From the IMG/VR virus record IMGVR_UViG_3300033463_000008: a DNA stretch of 64,000 nt. The stretch is one strand, 5' to 3'. A program made the position numbers and the translations under genes. Below are positions 46,185 through 55,483 of the stretch, piece after piece; position 1 is the stretch's first letter; each line of letters opens with the position of its first letter. This stretch comes from a virus. Lineage: Duplodnaviria; Caudoviricetes. The notes under the pieces are model-generated. The model was not told the DNA's origin. It did no database searches and saw nothing but the letters and a program-made list of their open reading frames with translations.

Positions 46185-46908
46185 TTTTCTAGTACCTGAC
46201 TGGCACAGTAAATTTAATGTTTTGGCGAGAATGTGCGCCATGTATGACCACCGTTCATGCTGGGCAAATGCGGAATGTAGGGAACCGGTTGCAGTACAGT
46301 GCGGTGATGGTAGAGTACTTGGACCGGATGGAATTGAGCATAAACCGCACATTTTGATATTGCATGACTGGGATGAAAAGTACGCTCCTATGGTAAACAG
46401 GGCTACCAAGATCATTACGTTTGGCAAGCTGGATGGCGCCCCGGACGGAGCTGTCGTACTTGACAGCTTCCCGCTTCCGGATTTGCCCGAGCACCTCATG
46501 CATCCGGATAACAATATCTTGATTGCCGGGCAATGCGCAGGCAATGAAACTCTTGATTTCGTGAATACCGTGCTGGATGGTCTTGACCATACGCTGTCGG
46601 TTACGATTGCCTTGTATGACAAGGAATCGTACAAGACCGAACGGATGATTTCTGGACTAGTTTATGGGGAGACATTGACAACTTTTGAGAAGGTGTCGTG
46701 GAAGAAACGCCAGTCATATTCAATGATTACCGCGCTTTATCTCACCGCAGGACAGGTGATTCACTGTGGGTCGGGAAAGCGCGGTTTCTTGCATGCATTG
46801 GCGGTGAAGGCGGCATCCCGTGGCTCCGGTCTGATAACCCGGAGAGGGGATAATGACTTCGAGCCGACGACGATACATCAATTTTTGGATGTCATTGGTG
46901 GAAGGTAA
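46168..46908 (+). CDS. hypothetical protein (possibly degenerate GT-B-like)
   Basis: ORF coupled to the GT gene. Confidence 0.5.
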   Translation: MQFSRDFLVPDWHSKFNVLARMCAMYDHRSCWANAECREPVAVQCGDGRVLGPDGIEHKPHILILHDWDEKYAPMVNRATKIITFGKLDGAPDGAVVLDSFPLPDLPEHLMHPDNNILIAGQCAGNETLDFVNTVLDGLDHTLSVTIALYDKESYKTERMISGLVYGETLTTFEKVSWKKRQSYSMITALYLTAGQVIHCGSGKRGFLHALAVKAASRGSGLITRRGDNDFEPTTIHQFLDVIGGR

Positions 46909-46943
46909 AGAAGATTTTACAATTTTCACCAAACCCTACAGAA

Positions 46944-46991
46944 CCGCCATATCTAGTGTAAAAACGCCAGAAAATGTACAATATGCTGTAT
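46944..46991 (+). promoter_or_regulatory. tandem NrdR boxes
   Basis: CCGCCATATCTAGTGT (46944) and GTACAATATGCTGTAT (46976), 32-bp spacing, upstream of nrdD. Confidence 0.65.
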
Positions 46992-47096
46992 TTATGTTCA
47001 CTATGTGTCGGTTCGCGGAGGATATAAACACTACTTGCCTTATTACAAAGCGACTGAGGAATGGTCACCGTTGTAAGGTAAAAATGAGGAAAATGT

Positions 47097-49820
47097 ATGA
47101 GTAATGTAAGCGAATCTGCTGAACCTATTGCCGCACCGAAACTTGCCAAAGTGAACAAGCGTGACGGAAGACCACAGACTTTTAATCCAAGCAAGATTGA
47201 ACACGCGATGAAGACCGCGTTCTATGCTACCAAGACTTCTGTTAGTGACGAAGAACTTGATGAGGCGACCAACCGGGTTATTGAAGAAATCCAAAGTTAC
47301 AACACCGCGTCGGTCTCTGCCGACAAGGTGGCCAATGCGGTGAAGAATGTTCTCCGCGAAAAGTGGCCCAAGGCATACGATGCCTATGTGATTTACCGTG
47401 CCAACCGTGACAAGGTTCTTGCGACCAAGAAGGCGATTATCAAGAACATGCCTCTTCTGAACACGGTGCGTGAAATTACAGATGACAAGTACACGTCATT
47501 GAACACGTCGAATATCCTCCGTGACAACGCCAATGAATGTGGCGCAACGCCGGCTGGCGCGTATGGCAAGATTGCGTCTGAGACGAACAAGATGTACAAC
47601 CTGTTGAATAACATCAACGAGAAGTATTCCCAGATGCATAAGGATGGCTACATGCACATCCATGACCTCAACATGTACAACTTGACCTTCAACTGCCTCT
47701 TCGCTCCTATTGGCAAGCTGCTGTCCACTGGTTTCGATTCCGGCACGGGCTTCATTCGCCGTGCTCATTCTGTCCAGAGTGCTGCTGCGCTTACCGCAGT
47801 GATTTTCCAGCTTCAATCCAATCAGCAGTATGGCGGCATTGCATGTGATAACTTTGACTTTGACCTTGCCCCGTCAGTGGATGAAAGTTTCCGTACCCAT
47901 CTCGGCGTTAGGCTAAACGATTATTACGAAGACACTGGTGATGAAAAGTTCAAGGGCTTTGCTGGTGATCCGGAAAAAGACGAAGATAAGGAACGCTGGC
48001 GCAAGCTTCTTTCCGATGTCACCATGAACAAGCCGATTTGCCATTACACCGACCGTTTCCCCAAGAAATGTCTTGAAAAGGCTATCAAGTACACTAACAT
48101 TGAAACCCATCAGGCTATGGAAGCTCTTGTCCACAACCTGAACTCCTTGCAGAGCCGGTCCGGAAACCAGGTCCCATTCTCATCAATCAACTTTGGCCTC
48201 GATACGTCCAACTGCGGGCGAATGGTCAGCCACAACTTGATGCGTGCCCAGTACGAAGGCATGGGTGACGGCCTTACCCCGATTTTCCCGATCTTGATTT
48301 TCAAGCTCATGAAGGGCTATACCAAGTACGAGGGCGACCCGAACTACGACCTGTACAACCAGGCAATCGAATGTCTCGCCCGCCGCTTCTACCCGAACTT
48401 TGTACGTGTTGACTCCTCCTTCAACCTCCCGTATGTCAAGTACGAATACAAGGAAGTCGAGGATGCAAACCCGACGTTCAAGTACCGGGGTAGGAACGAA
48501 GATTTTGAATTCGGCTTCGGCGATTACAAGGCCGGCGAAACCACTGCGTTTGAATACGATGTGGGCAATGGCGACTACTGGGAAGTCGTGTCCAAGACGG
48601 GCGACAAGCTCAAAGTTCGCAAGATTATCCCGAACACCACCATTTCCACGATGGGCTGCCGTACCAGGGTCATCGGCAACATCAACGGACCCGAACAGAC
48701 TACCGCCCGCGGTAACTTCGCGTTCCATACGCTCAACCTGCCCCGTATCGCTATCGAGGCTCACATCAAGAGCAAGAACGAGGAAACCCGTAAGCAGATC
48801 TTCTTCGAAAAGCTCGATGAGTTGCTTGAATGCGCCAAGGATAGCCTCCTCGACCGCTTCAACTTTATCTGTAATACAAAGACCTACGAGAACTTCCCGT
48901 TCACTATGCAGCAGGGTCTGTATCTGACCTCCGATGACAAGAAGCACGCGCTCACCGATTCCATTGCGGAAGTGATGAAGCAGTCTACCCTGTCCATCGG
49001 TTATATCGGCATTGCCGAAGTCATCACCCTCCTTACCGGTAAGACCTTCGGTATTGACCATGACATCGATGACTTTGCACTCTCTATCGTGGAACATATC
49101 CGCGAGTTCTGCGATAAGACCCAGAAGGAAACGCATCTCAACTGGTCGTGCTTTGCAACTCCGGCAGAAGCCGTTGCTGGTCGTTTTGCTTCCATCGACA
49201 AGAACAAGTTCTGCAAGGAAATCATCGAGGAACCGACGGATGACGATGATATGATGACCGGTTGTGAAGGTCATTCGAACCCGAAGATGAGCGATAATGA
49301 CTTTGTTACTGGATGTGAATGCACTTATCCGGATGCCCGTAAGAAGAAGGTTCGCCTGATCGGCGTTAAGGGTCTTGAAGATGTTGACCTCATGAAGATT
49401 TTCGGCAAGGGTTACTATACCAATAGCCATATGATGTATTTCTCTCTGGATACGACTCTTGAAAACAAGATTAAGACTGAGGCGCCGTTCCACAAGATTA
49501 CGAACGCTGGTCACATCTTCTACTACAAGCTTAATGGTGATTTAACTAAAAATGTGCCGGCGGTAAAGGCTGCTATAGATGCAATGTATGAAGGCGACCT
49601 TGGTTATTTTAGTTGTACTATGTCGTCGGATGATTGCATGAAGTGTGGATATCATGGCATAATTGATAACGAATGTCCGAAGTGTGGCTGTAGGGATGAA
49701 GATATGTTTGTTCGTGTTCGCCGTATTACGGGTTATTTAACGGGATCGCCTAGAAAGACGATTTTGAAGTCCTGGAATACTGGCAAGCTTGCTGAATTGG
49801 CAGATCGCAAAAATATTTGA
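47097..49820 (+). CDS. nrdD: anaerobic (class III) ribonucleoside-triphosphate reductase with ATP cone
   Basis: VNKRDG ATP cone, HIHDL..NC, MGCRT, GNFAFHTLNLPR, CxxC..CPKC, RRITGYL glycyl radical motif. Confidence 0.95.
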   Translation: MSNVSESAEPIAAPKLAKVNKRDGRPQTFNPSKIEHAMKTAFYATKTSVSDEELDEATNRVIEEIQSYNTASVSADKVANAVKNVLREKWPKAYDAYVIYRANRDKVLATKKAIIKNMPLLNTVREITDDKYTSLNTSNILRDNANECGATPAGAYGKIASETNKMYNLLNNINEKYSQMHKDGYMHIHDLNMYNLTFNCLFAPIGKLLSTGFDSGTGFIRRAHSVQSAAALTAVIFQLQSNQQYGGIACDNFDFDLAPSVDESFRTHLGVRLNDYYEDTGDEKFKGFAGDPEKDEDKERWRKLLSDVTMNKPICHYTDRFPKKCLEKAIKYTNIETHQAMEALVHNLNSLQSRSGNQVPFSSINFGLDTSNCGRMVSHNLMRAQYEGMGDGLTPIFPILIFKLMKGYTKYEGDPNYDLYNQAIECLARRFYPNFVRVDSSFNLPYVKYEYKEVEDANPTFKYRGRNEDFEFGFGDYKAGETTAFEYDVGNGDYWEVVSKTGDKLKVRKIIPNTTISTMGCRTRVIGNINGPEQTTARGNFAFHTLNLPRIAIEAHIKSKNEETRKQIFFEKLDELLECAKDSLLDRFNFICNTKTYENFPFTMQQGLYLTSDDKKHALTDSIAEVMKQSTLSIGYIGIAEVITLLTGKTFGIDHDIDDFALSIVEHIREFCDKTQKETHLNWSCFATPAEAVAGRFASIDKNKFCKEIIEEPTDDDDMMTGCEGHSNPKMSDNDFVTGCECTYPDARKKKVRLIGVKGLEDVDLMKIFGKGYYTNSHMMYFSLDTTLENKIKTEAPFHKITNAGHIFYYKLNGDLTKNVPAVKAAIDAMYEGDLGYFSCTMSSDDCMKCGYHGIIDNECPKCGCRDEDMFVRVRRITGYLTGSPRKTILKSWNTGKLAELADRKNI

Positions 49821-49829
49821 CGGTCATGT

Positions 49830-49937
49830 TATAAACTCATTGCCGGCACATCGGATAATTGGCGTTCTTCGATGTGAGATGGGTTTTATAGGTGACCCGT
49901 GGTTGGATGAACGCCAATTTAGCCGACTGCGGGTCAC
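49830..49937 (+). promoter_or_regulatory. late promoter + kissing-hairpin leader of endonuclease gene
   Basis: TATAAACT, two stem-loops with 11-nt complementary loops. Confidence 0.7.
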
Positions 49938-49940
49938 TTT

Positions 49941-51053
49941 ATGCTTAATAAGAAATCAATTTATGGTCATCTGTCTAATGAAGCTGACTTAGTGCAGATG
50001 AAATCTTTAAAACCGGTAAATAAATATAATCGGTTAAATTTTAGTTTTAAGTGTTCAGAATGTGGAGAGATTTCATCACGAAACTTACGGACGATAGTAT
50101 TTCCATTTAGATGTCGTAATTGCGTATCTAAACAAACACATACCACGGACGAATACTATGCAAACTATAATAAGAGTATGGTTGAAAAGTATGGCGAAAA
50201 TTACCGTGAGATATTAGATGAGCATCGGAATCAAGTTGTGAAGGAGCGTTATGGTAGTTATTCTGGCATGTTTATCGCAACAAGTGATAAACGAAATGCT
50301 ACCATGAAAGCTAGATATGGGGTTACTCATCCGGCAAAAATTGATGGATATGGTAGAAAATGCGCTGAAACTAAGTTGCAACGGTATGGTGACCCGACAT
50401 ATAACAATCGTACCAAAGCGAAGGAGAGTATTGTTGCCGAATTCGGATCAACTGATGTGTGGTATCAACAAAATGTAATTAAGAGTACGCGCACGAAATT
50501 GATACGATATGGTGATAAGACATATAATAATAGGGAGAAGGCTGCGAAAACATCTCTTAAACGATACGGAGTCCGCGTTCCATCACAGAGTAAGAAGATT
50601 CATGAACGAATGCATTTTAAGTACATTTATAATGATATAATCTTTGATAGTTCGTATGATTTATCATATTATATATGGCTATCTGATAATAACATTGATT
50701 TTGAGTATAGACCGGATGTGCAATTTTCTTATACATATAATGGAAGGACTCATGTTTATAACCCGGATTTTAGAGTTGAAACGAGATTAGTTGAATTGAA
50801 GGGCCGGCAATTCTTCAAGGATAAAAATCCGGATAATGTAATGGTGAACCCATATAATCATGATGAGGATGGATTATATGAAGCAAAACATCAGTGTATG
50901 CTGGCTCACGATGTTGACATTATAGTAGATTGTTCGGAATACGAGAAATATGTTGCCAAACATTATGGAAAGGATTATATTTCTACTTTTAGGAATAAAA
51001 CAATTAAACATAAAAAGCGTAATAAGGTTTGTAATGAATTACAGCAAGATTGA
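49941..51053 (+). CDS. free-standing homing-type endonuclease (Zn finger, K/RYG repeats, PD-(D/E)XK domain)
   Basis: CSEC..CRNC, repeated RYG/KYG units, FDSSYD..YNPDF..VELKG; AT-rich insertion between nrdD and nrdG. Confidence 0.7.
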   Translation: MLNKKSIYGHLSNEADLVQMKSLKPVNKYNRLNFSFKCSECGEISSRNLRTIVFPFRCRNCVSKQTHTTDEYYANYNKSMVEKYGENYREILDEHRNQVVKERYGSYSGMFIATSDKRNATMKARYGVTHPAKIDGYGRKCAETKLQRYGDPTYNNRTKAKESIVAEFGSTDVWYQQNVIKSTRTKLIRYGDKTYNNREKAAKTSLKRYGVRVPSQSKKIHERMHFKYIYNDIIFDSSYDLSYYIWLSDNNIDFEYRPDVQFSYTYNGRTHVYNPDFRVETRLVELKGRQFFKDKNPDNVMVNPYNHDEDGLYEAKHQCMLAHDVDIIVDCSEYEKYVAKHYGKDYISTFRNKTIKHKKRNKVCNELQQD

Positions 51054-51564
51054 TCCGATGTCAATAGTCGATGGGGAAGGCCTTCGGGTCTCACTCTTCG
51101 TCTCCGGTTGCCGCAACCACTGCAAGGGTTGCTTTAATCCAGAGACCTGGGACTTTTCCTATGGCAAGGAATTCGACGCTATTGCCGAGAATGAGGTGCT
51201 CGAAGCATGCCGGCCATCCTATATTGCCGGACTGACTGTACTTGGTGGCGAACCGTTTGAGCCCGAGAACCAGTGGGGGCTCTTGCCGTTCCTTTCCAAG
51301 TTCAAGGAAAAGTATCCTGACAAGACTCTGTGGATGTTTACCGGCTATGTGTTGGATAATGACCTGCTGACTGGGCAGCGCCAGGATATCCATCTCGTAA
51401 CGTCGAACATCCTCAAAACGGTGGATGTCTTGGTGGACGGCCCGTTCATCCTGGAACAGAGGGATATTTCACTGAAATTCAGGGGTAGTTCGAATCAGCG
51501 GATTTGGACACGTGAGGAAATTCAGAAACTTCTCGACAGCATGCCTGCCGCACGAGGCTTGTGA
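51034..51564 (+). CDS. nrdG: anaerobic RNR activating radical SAM enzyme
   Basis: DGEGLRVSLFVSGCRNHCKGCFN, LGGEP, DG.F, FRGSSNQR. Confidence 0.95.
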   Translation: MNYSKIDPMSIVDGEGLRVSLFVSGCRNHCKGCFNPETWDFSYGKEFDAIAENEVLEACRPSYIAGLTVLGGEPFEPENQWGLLPFLSKFKEKYPDKTLWMFTGYVLDNDLLTGQRQDIHLVTSNILKTVDVLVDGPFILEQRDISLKFRGSSNQRIWTREEIQKLLDSMPAARGL

Positions 51565-51568
51565 GTGT

Positions 51569-52057
51569 CTAACGAAGTTTCTGGATAATGTCCATGATTT
51601 TCTGATGAATCTCGGGTGGACATGGAAGTTCTTCCAGCTCTTTCAGCGCATCGTTCAATGCGAAAGCGCTGCTTTTGTTATAAGAGCGTTCGACAAATAC
51701 CCGGTGCTTGGCTGTGATGGCGTCAAGCAGGTCGTTTGGGCTGGCGATGGATATCGGAGTGGGTGCTTCATCGCCAAATGACATTTTCAGGCTGACTGGG
51801 CGGGCCCCCATCGGTCCTTCGGACACGGCCAGTTCAATTTTTCCATACAGTTCCCCGGCAGCATACTCGCCAAGCACTTTGAAATATGAAGTATCGGCAC
51901 TTTTGTAGCCTTGAACCGGCTGCCCAAGGGTGATGTTTGGCGTTGTTTCGACGATAAAGGATAACGCTTCTGCTAATTTGTAGCTGATTCCGGCAATGAG
52001 TTGTTCTTTGGTCATGACTTTGCCCACTTTTTTCATAAAATTAGTCCTTTTTATCAT
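51569..52057 (-). CDS. hypothetical protein
   Basis: ORF with TAAACT-like motif upstream on - strand. Confidence 0.55.
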   Translation of the reverse strand: MIKRTNFMKKVGKVMTKEQLIAGISYKLAEALSFIVETTPNITLGQPVQGYKSADTSYFKVLGEYAAGELYGKIELAVSEGPMGARPVSLKMSFGDEAPTPISIASPNDLLDAITAKHRVFVERSYNKSSAFALNDALKELEELPCPPEIHQKIMDIIQKLR

Positions 52058-52119
52058 TGAAGGGAGTAGTTTACCATTAGTAAAACATGACGCAACATCC
52101 AGTATTTTAACCGGAGATA

Positions 52120-52677
52120 ATGCAAATGCGATCTCGTGATGAAATTAAAGAATTTTTGAGAGGAATTCCTCAGAAAAGTACGCTTGTTGAACAGGCGATA
52201 ACCTTTGCACGGTTTGCACATGATGGCCAGAAGGATAAAGGCGGTGCTCCGTATTTTGAACATCCTGAACGCGTCGCTGCCAGAGTGGCTGATGCATACG
52301 AGGATGACAAGCTTACCGCGATTGCGTACCTCCATGATACAGTCGAGGATGGTGGATTCACTGTTTCTGACTTAAAAATGTTCTTCCCGGAAGTGGTGTG
52401 GAAGGTTGTTGACGTATTGACTCGCGGAAAGACTACTCCTCGCGAAGAATACATTGAAGCGGTTGCAAAGAATTACCTCGCAGCCAGGGTGAAGGTGTGC
52501 GACCTCGAAGACAACATCGACCTTGGACGCATACCGAATCCGACCCAGAAGGATTATGACCGTAGGGACAGGTACCTTTCCGAATACCGTAAACTACAGG
52601 AAGCAATCGTTGACTGGGAGAAACGACTTCCCGCAGCAGAACTTGAAACGGATTTCTATGCGGAATACTACTGCTAA
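52120..52677 (+). CDS. RelA/SpoT-type HD-domain hydrolase (small alarmone hydrolase-like)
   Basis: AHDGQKDKGGAPYFEHPERVA, LHDTVED, VKVCDLEDN. Confidence 0.8.
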   Translation: MQMRSRDEIKEFLRGIPQKSTLVEQAITFARFAHDGQKDKGGAPYFEHPERVAARVADAYEDDKLTAIAYLHDTVEDGGFTVSDLKMFFPEVVWKVVDVLTRGKTTPREEYIEAVAKNYLAARVKVCDLEDNIDLGRIPNPTQKDYDRRDRYLSEYRKLQEAIVDWEKRLPAAELETDFYAEYYC

Positions 52678-52679
52678 CA

Positions 52680-52706
52680 AAAATGCCGCCAAACAGGCGG
52701 CATTTT
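52680..52706. terminator. bidirectional terminator
   Basis: AAAATGCCGCC-loop-GGCGGCATTTT. Confidence 0.7.
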
Positions 52707-52725
52707 CCATATATGCGGAATAAGT

Positions 52726-53388
52726 CTATTGTTCGCCCTGCGGTTGTTCAGCATCGGCAGTCTTGGATTTGGCTTCTTCGGCTTTCTTGCCGACATTCGT
52801 CGCAGCCATGATGATGGTCTTGACGACCCTGAGGGCATCTTCCTTTTGCATAGCCGCATATCCTTTCTTGGACATGTACTTTGATATTGCTGCGGCAACT
52901 GGCTTTACCATATCCTGTGCGGTTGGTGCCTTTCCACCGGCTGTCTGTTTCATCTGCTGGCCAACTTCTCGAATTTTCTCGGGATATTTCAGTTTGGTAA
53001 GTTCAGCGATGAGTGCATCCGCGTTAATCGAAGCTGCCTGTGGCTGGGCGTTTACGTTTTTAGGTGCTTCTTCGTCAGCGGATGGTTCATCCTCAGGCGG
53101 CTGTTCAGATTCAGGTGCATCACCACCGTCTTCCGGGGGCATACCGCCGTCTTCAGGTGCATCACCACCGTCTTCAGGAGGCATACTGCCATCGTCCGGA
53201 GGCATACCGCCACCTTCACCACCAAGGTCATCTCCGATTTCGTTACCCAGATCGTTCAGTTCTGCCAGTTCACCATCTTCTTCCCCTTCGAATATGGCGT
53301 GATATGCTGCGTAGGCGGATTCATACACCGCTCGTGCGGTGCCTGTGGAAACAGAAGCTAGATTATGTAGGCGATTAGACATGTTCAT
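52726..53388 (-). CDS. acidic late protein with PPEDGG repeats
   Basis: TATAAACT and GAGG upstream; VYES/IFEG sites; GGMPPEDGGDAP repeats. Confidence 0.6.
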   Translation of the reverse strand: MNMSNRLHNLASVSTGTARAVYESAYAAYHAIFEGEEDGELAELNDLGNEIGDDLGGEGGGMPPDDGSMPPEDGGDAPEDGGMPPEDGGDAPESEQPPEDEPSADEEAPKNVNAQPQAASINADALIAELTKLKYPEKIREVGQQMKQTAGGKAPTAQDMVKPVAAAISKYMSKKGYAAMQKEDALRVVKTIIMAATNVGKKAEEAKSKTADAEQPQGEQ

Positions 53389-53454
53389 GATATTACCTCG
53401 GTCATAGTTTATAGTTTCGGTTGCCATTTTAGGTATTTTTGCTATATTTCTCGC

Positions 53455-55143
53455 ATGGATCTCCAAAAGTTGTTTGATGAATTATCGCATAAAGACTCTG
53501 CCGCATCTGAGAACTCGCGTGTTGATACTAATGGCGCGGCTGTTGATGCGATTTCCGCCATTGAAGTTGAACCTAAGGATGATACTGTTAACGAATGCAT
53601 GACGGAAGATCCGCCTCCGCCTCCCCCTAAGGGAGCTCCGCTTGCCGAAAAGGTATTTGAACCGGCACCTGATATTTTTAATTTGTTTGATTCTGAAACC
53701 AAAGAAATCAAGGAGCCGGAAGAAACATCGAAAGAATCTGCACCGAAGCAGAAACTATTGACCAAGGATGATTTGACCGAGGACCAGAAGTCGGCTTTGG
53801 AATATATCAATTCCTTCATGGAGAGCGATTGCCGCCAGATGGTGCTTTGTGGTCCGGCTGGTACTGGTAAGACCTCCTTGGTGAATGTTCTTCTTGATGA
53901 ATTGGACAAGAAAAACATATCGTACGTGTGTACTGCACCGACCAACAAGGCTGTTGAAGTCATTGCAAAGCGCACTAATCGTCAGTTTGACCGTACCATT
54001 TATTCTCTTTGTGGATTGAAGCTTGTTGACCTTGATGACAAGGAACCGTATCTGGAACGGAATGGCGAATCCGCACTTGGTGAATATGACATTATTATAA
54101 TTGACGAAGCTTCAATGGCTGGAACTGAACTGTTGCGGAATATTGAAGCTAACCTGGTCGAATTTAGTTACATAAAGGTTATCTATGTGGGTGATCCGTG
54201 TCAGATTCCTGCTGTGGAAGACAGCAACCGTGGACTGTTGCAGTCTCCTGTTTTCAATCTGAAATATGGCTTCATGCTTAGCAAGGTGATGCGTACGGCA
54301 CTTGACAACCCGATTATGCGCACTGTCACCATGATGCGCCAGCATATTACCCAGCCAGGCGATTATTTTGACCATGTTACTGAGGTTGGTGAATCTGGCG
54401 GTATCTACTTCTACACTGAACGCAGTGAGTTTATGTCGAAAGTGTACGAATACTTCACTTCCGATGCTTACAAGGAAGATACCGACTACGCGCTTGCGAT
54501 TGCGTATCGCAATATTTCCGTGGATGCGCTCAATAAATGTATTCGCCGTCATAGATATCCTGGTGTAGAAGCTGAATATGTAGAAGGTGAAGAATTGCGC
54601 ATCTCCCGGGGTTACCGCAGGATGAACAAGACTGACAGGCGTGGGAGGGTTCGATATGATGAAGAGCAGGTTTACAGCATGGAGGAACGTGTAAAGGTCC
54701 TCAATGTGATAGACATGCCTGATGGAGATCCGGCATATCATATTGGGTGCTACAAGTTGACTGTGGTCAATTTCCGTGCACTTCCTGGACATCGCAAGCA
54801 ATGTACGGCCTACGTAGTTAAGCCATCCGAACAGGAAAAACTGAATAAGTTGAAGGCTGACCTTGCTGCCGAATGCCGTGAACGAGCCAAAGAACTTGGC
54901 CAGATGGGGCGACATAAGTACACCAAGAAAGAAGCTTGGGAGCCATACAACAAGCTTAAAAATAACTTTATGTATGTTGGCTATATCTATGCCATGACAG
55001 TATATAAGGCACAAGGTACTACTGTACAAAATGCCTTTGTGGTTGAACGTGACATGAATGTATGCTCTGACGTTATTTTGCGCAACAAATTGAAATACAC
55101 TGCATTTACGCGTGCAGCCAAGGAATTGCACGTTCTCGACTAG
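53455..55143 (+). CDS. Dda/RecD-like SF1B helicase
   Basis: GPAGTGKT, APTNKA, IIDEASM, GDPCQIP, YAMTVYKAQG, YTAFTRA. Confidence 0.9.
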   Translation: MDLQKLFDELSHKDSAASENSRVDTNGAAVDAISAIEVEPKDDTVNECMTEDPPPPPPKGAPLAEKVFEPAPDIFNLFDSETKEIKEPEETSKESAPKQKLLTKDDLTEDQKSALEYINSFMESDCRQMVLCGPAGTGKTSLVNVLLDELDKKNISYVCTAPTNKAVEVIAKRTNRQFDRTIYSLCGLKLVDLDDKEPYLERNGESALGEYDIIIIDEASMAGTELLRNIEANLVEFSYIKVIYVGDPCQIPAVEDSNRGLLQSPVFNLKYGFMLSKVMRTALDNPIMRTVTMMRQHITQPGDYFDHVTEVGESGGIYFYTERSEFMSKVYEYFTSDAYKEDTDYALAIAYRNISVDALNKCIRRHRYPGVEAEYVEGEELRISRGYRRMNKTDRRGRVRYDEEQVYSMEERVKVLNVIDMPDGDPAYHIGCYKLTVVNFRALPGHRKQCTAYVVKPSEQEKLNKLKADLAAECRERAKELGQMGRHKYTKKEAWEPYNKLKNNFMYVGYIYAMTVYKAQGTTVQNAFVVERDMNVCSDVILRNKLKYTAFTRAAKELHVLD

Positions 55144-55201
55144 TTGCCACCTTGTTATGCATTTGCTACATTCGTAGTAACAACAAAATGAGGTAAACAA
55201 C

Positions 55202-55417
55202 ATGATAACACATGTCAGATGCAAACGGGTTGAAGATGTCGATAAATTTCTGAACCAAGCTGGGTTAAAGCCAAACGAAGTTCAGATTACGTATACGGCA
55301 ACTGGTTTCCAGTCGTACTACATGGTATTCTTTGATGACCCTACAATTCAGGGAAAGAAGCCAAGGGGTAAGAAGAAAACAGAAACGGATCAACCGGAAC
55401 AGCCTGAACAGGCATAA
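55202..55417 (+). CDS. small hypothetical protein
   Basis: GAGG RBS, TGCTACATT promoter upstream. Confidence 0.55.
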   Translation: MITHVRCKRVEDVDKFLNQAGLKPNEVQITYTATGFQSYYMVFFDDPTIQGKKPRGKKKTETDQPEQPEQA

Positions 55418-55483
55418 GTTGGCAAATTGCTAAAAAAGGTGCTACATTTAGGTTATCAAAAACTAAAAAGGAACAAAAACATC

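Noticed and set aside
50950-51033. Longer nrdG start
   Set aside because: NrdG homology begins at ATG 51034 (MNYSKI)
49820-51053. Group I intron or intein in nrdD
   Set aside because: nrdD is complete with its glycyl-radical motif and stop before the insert; no intein termini seen
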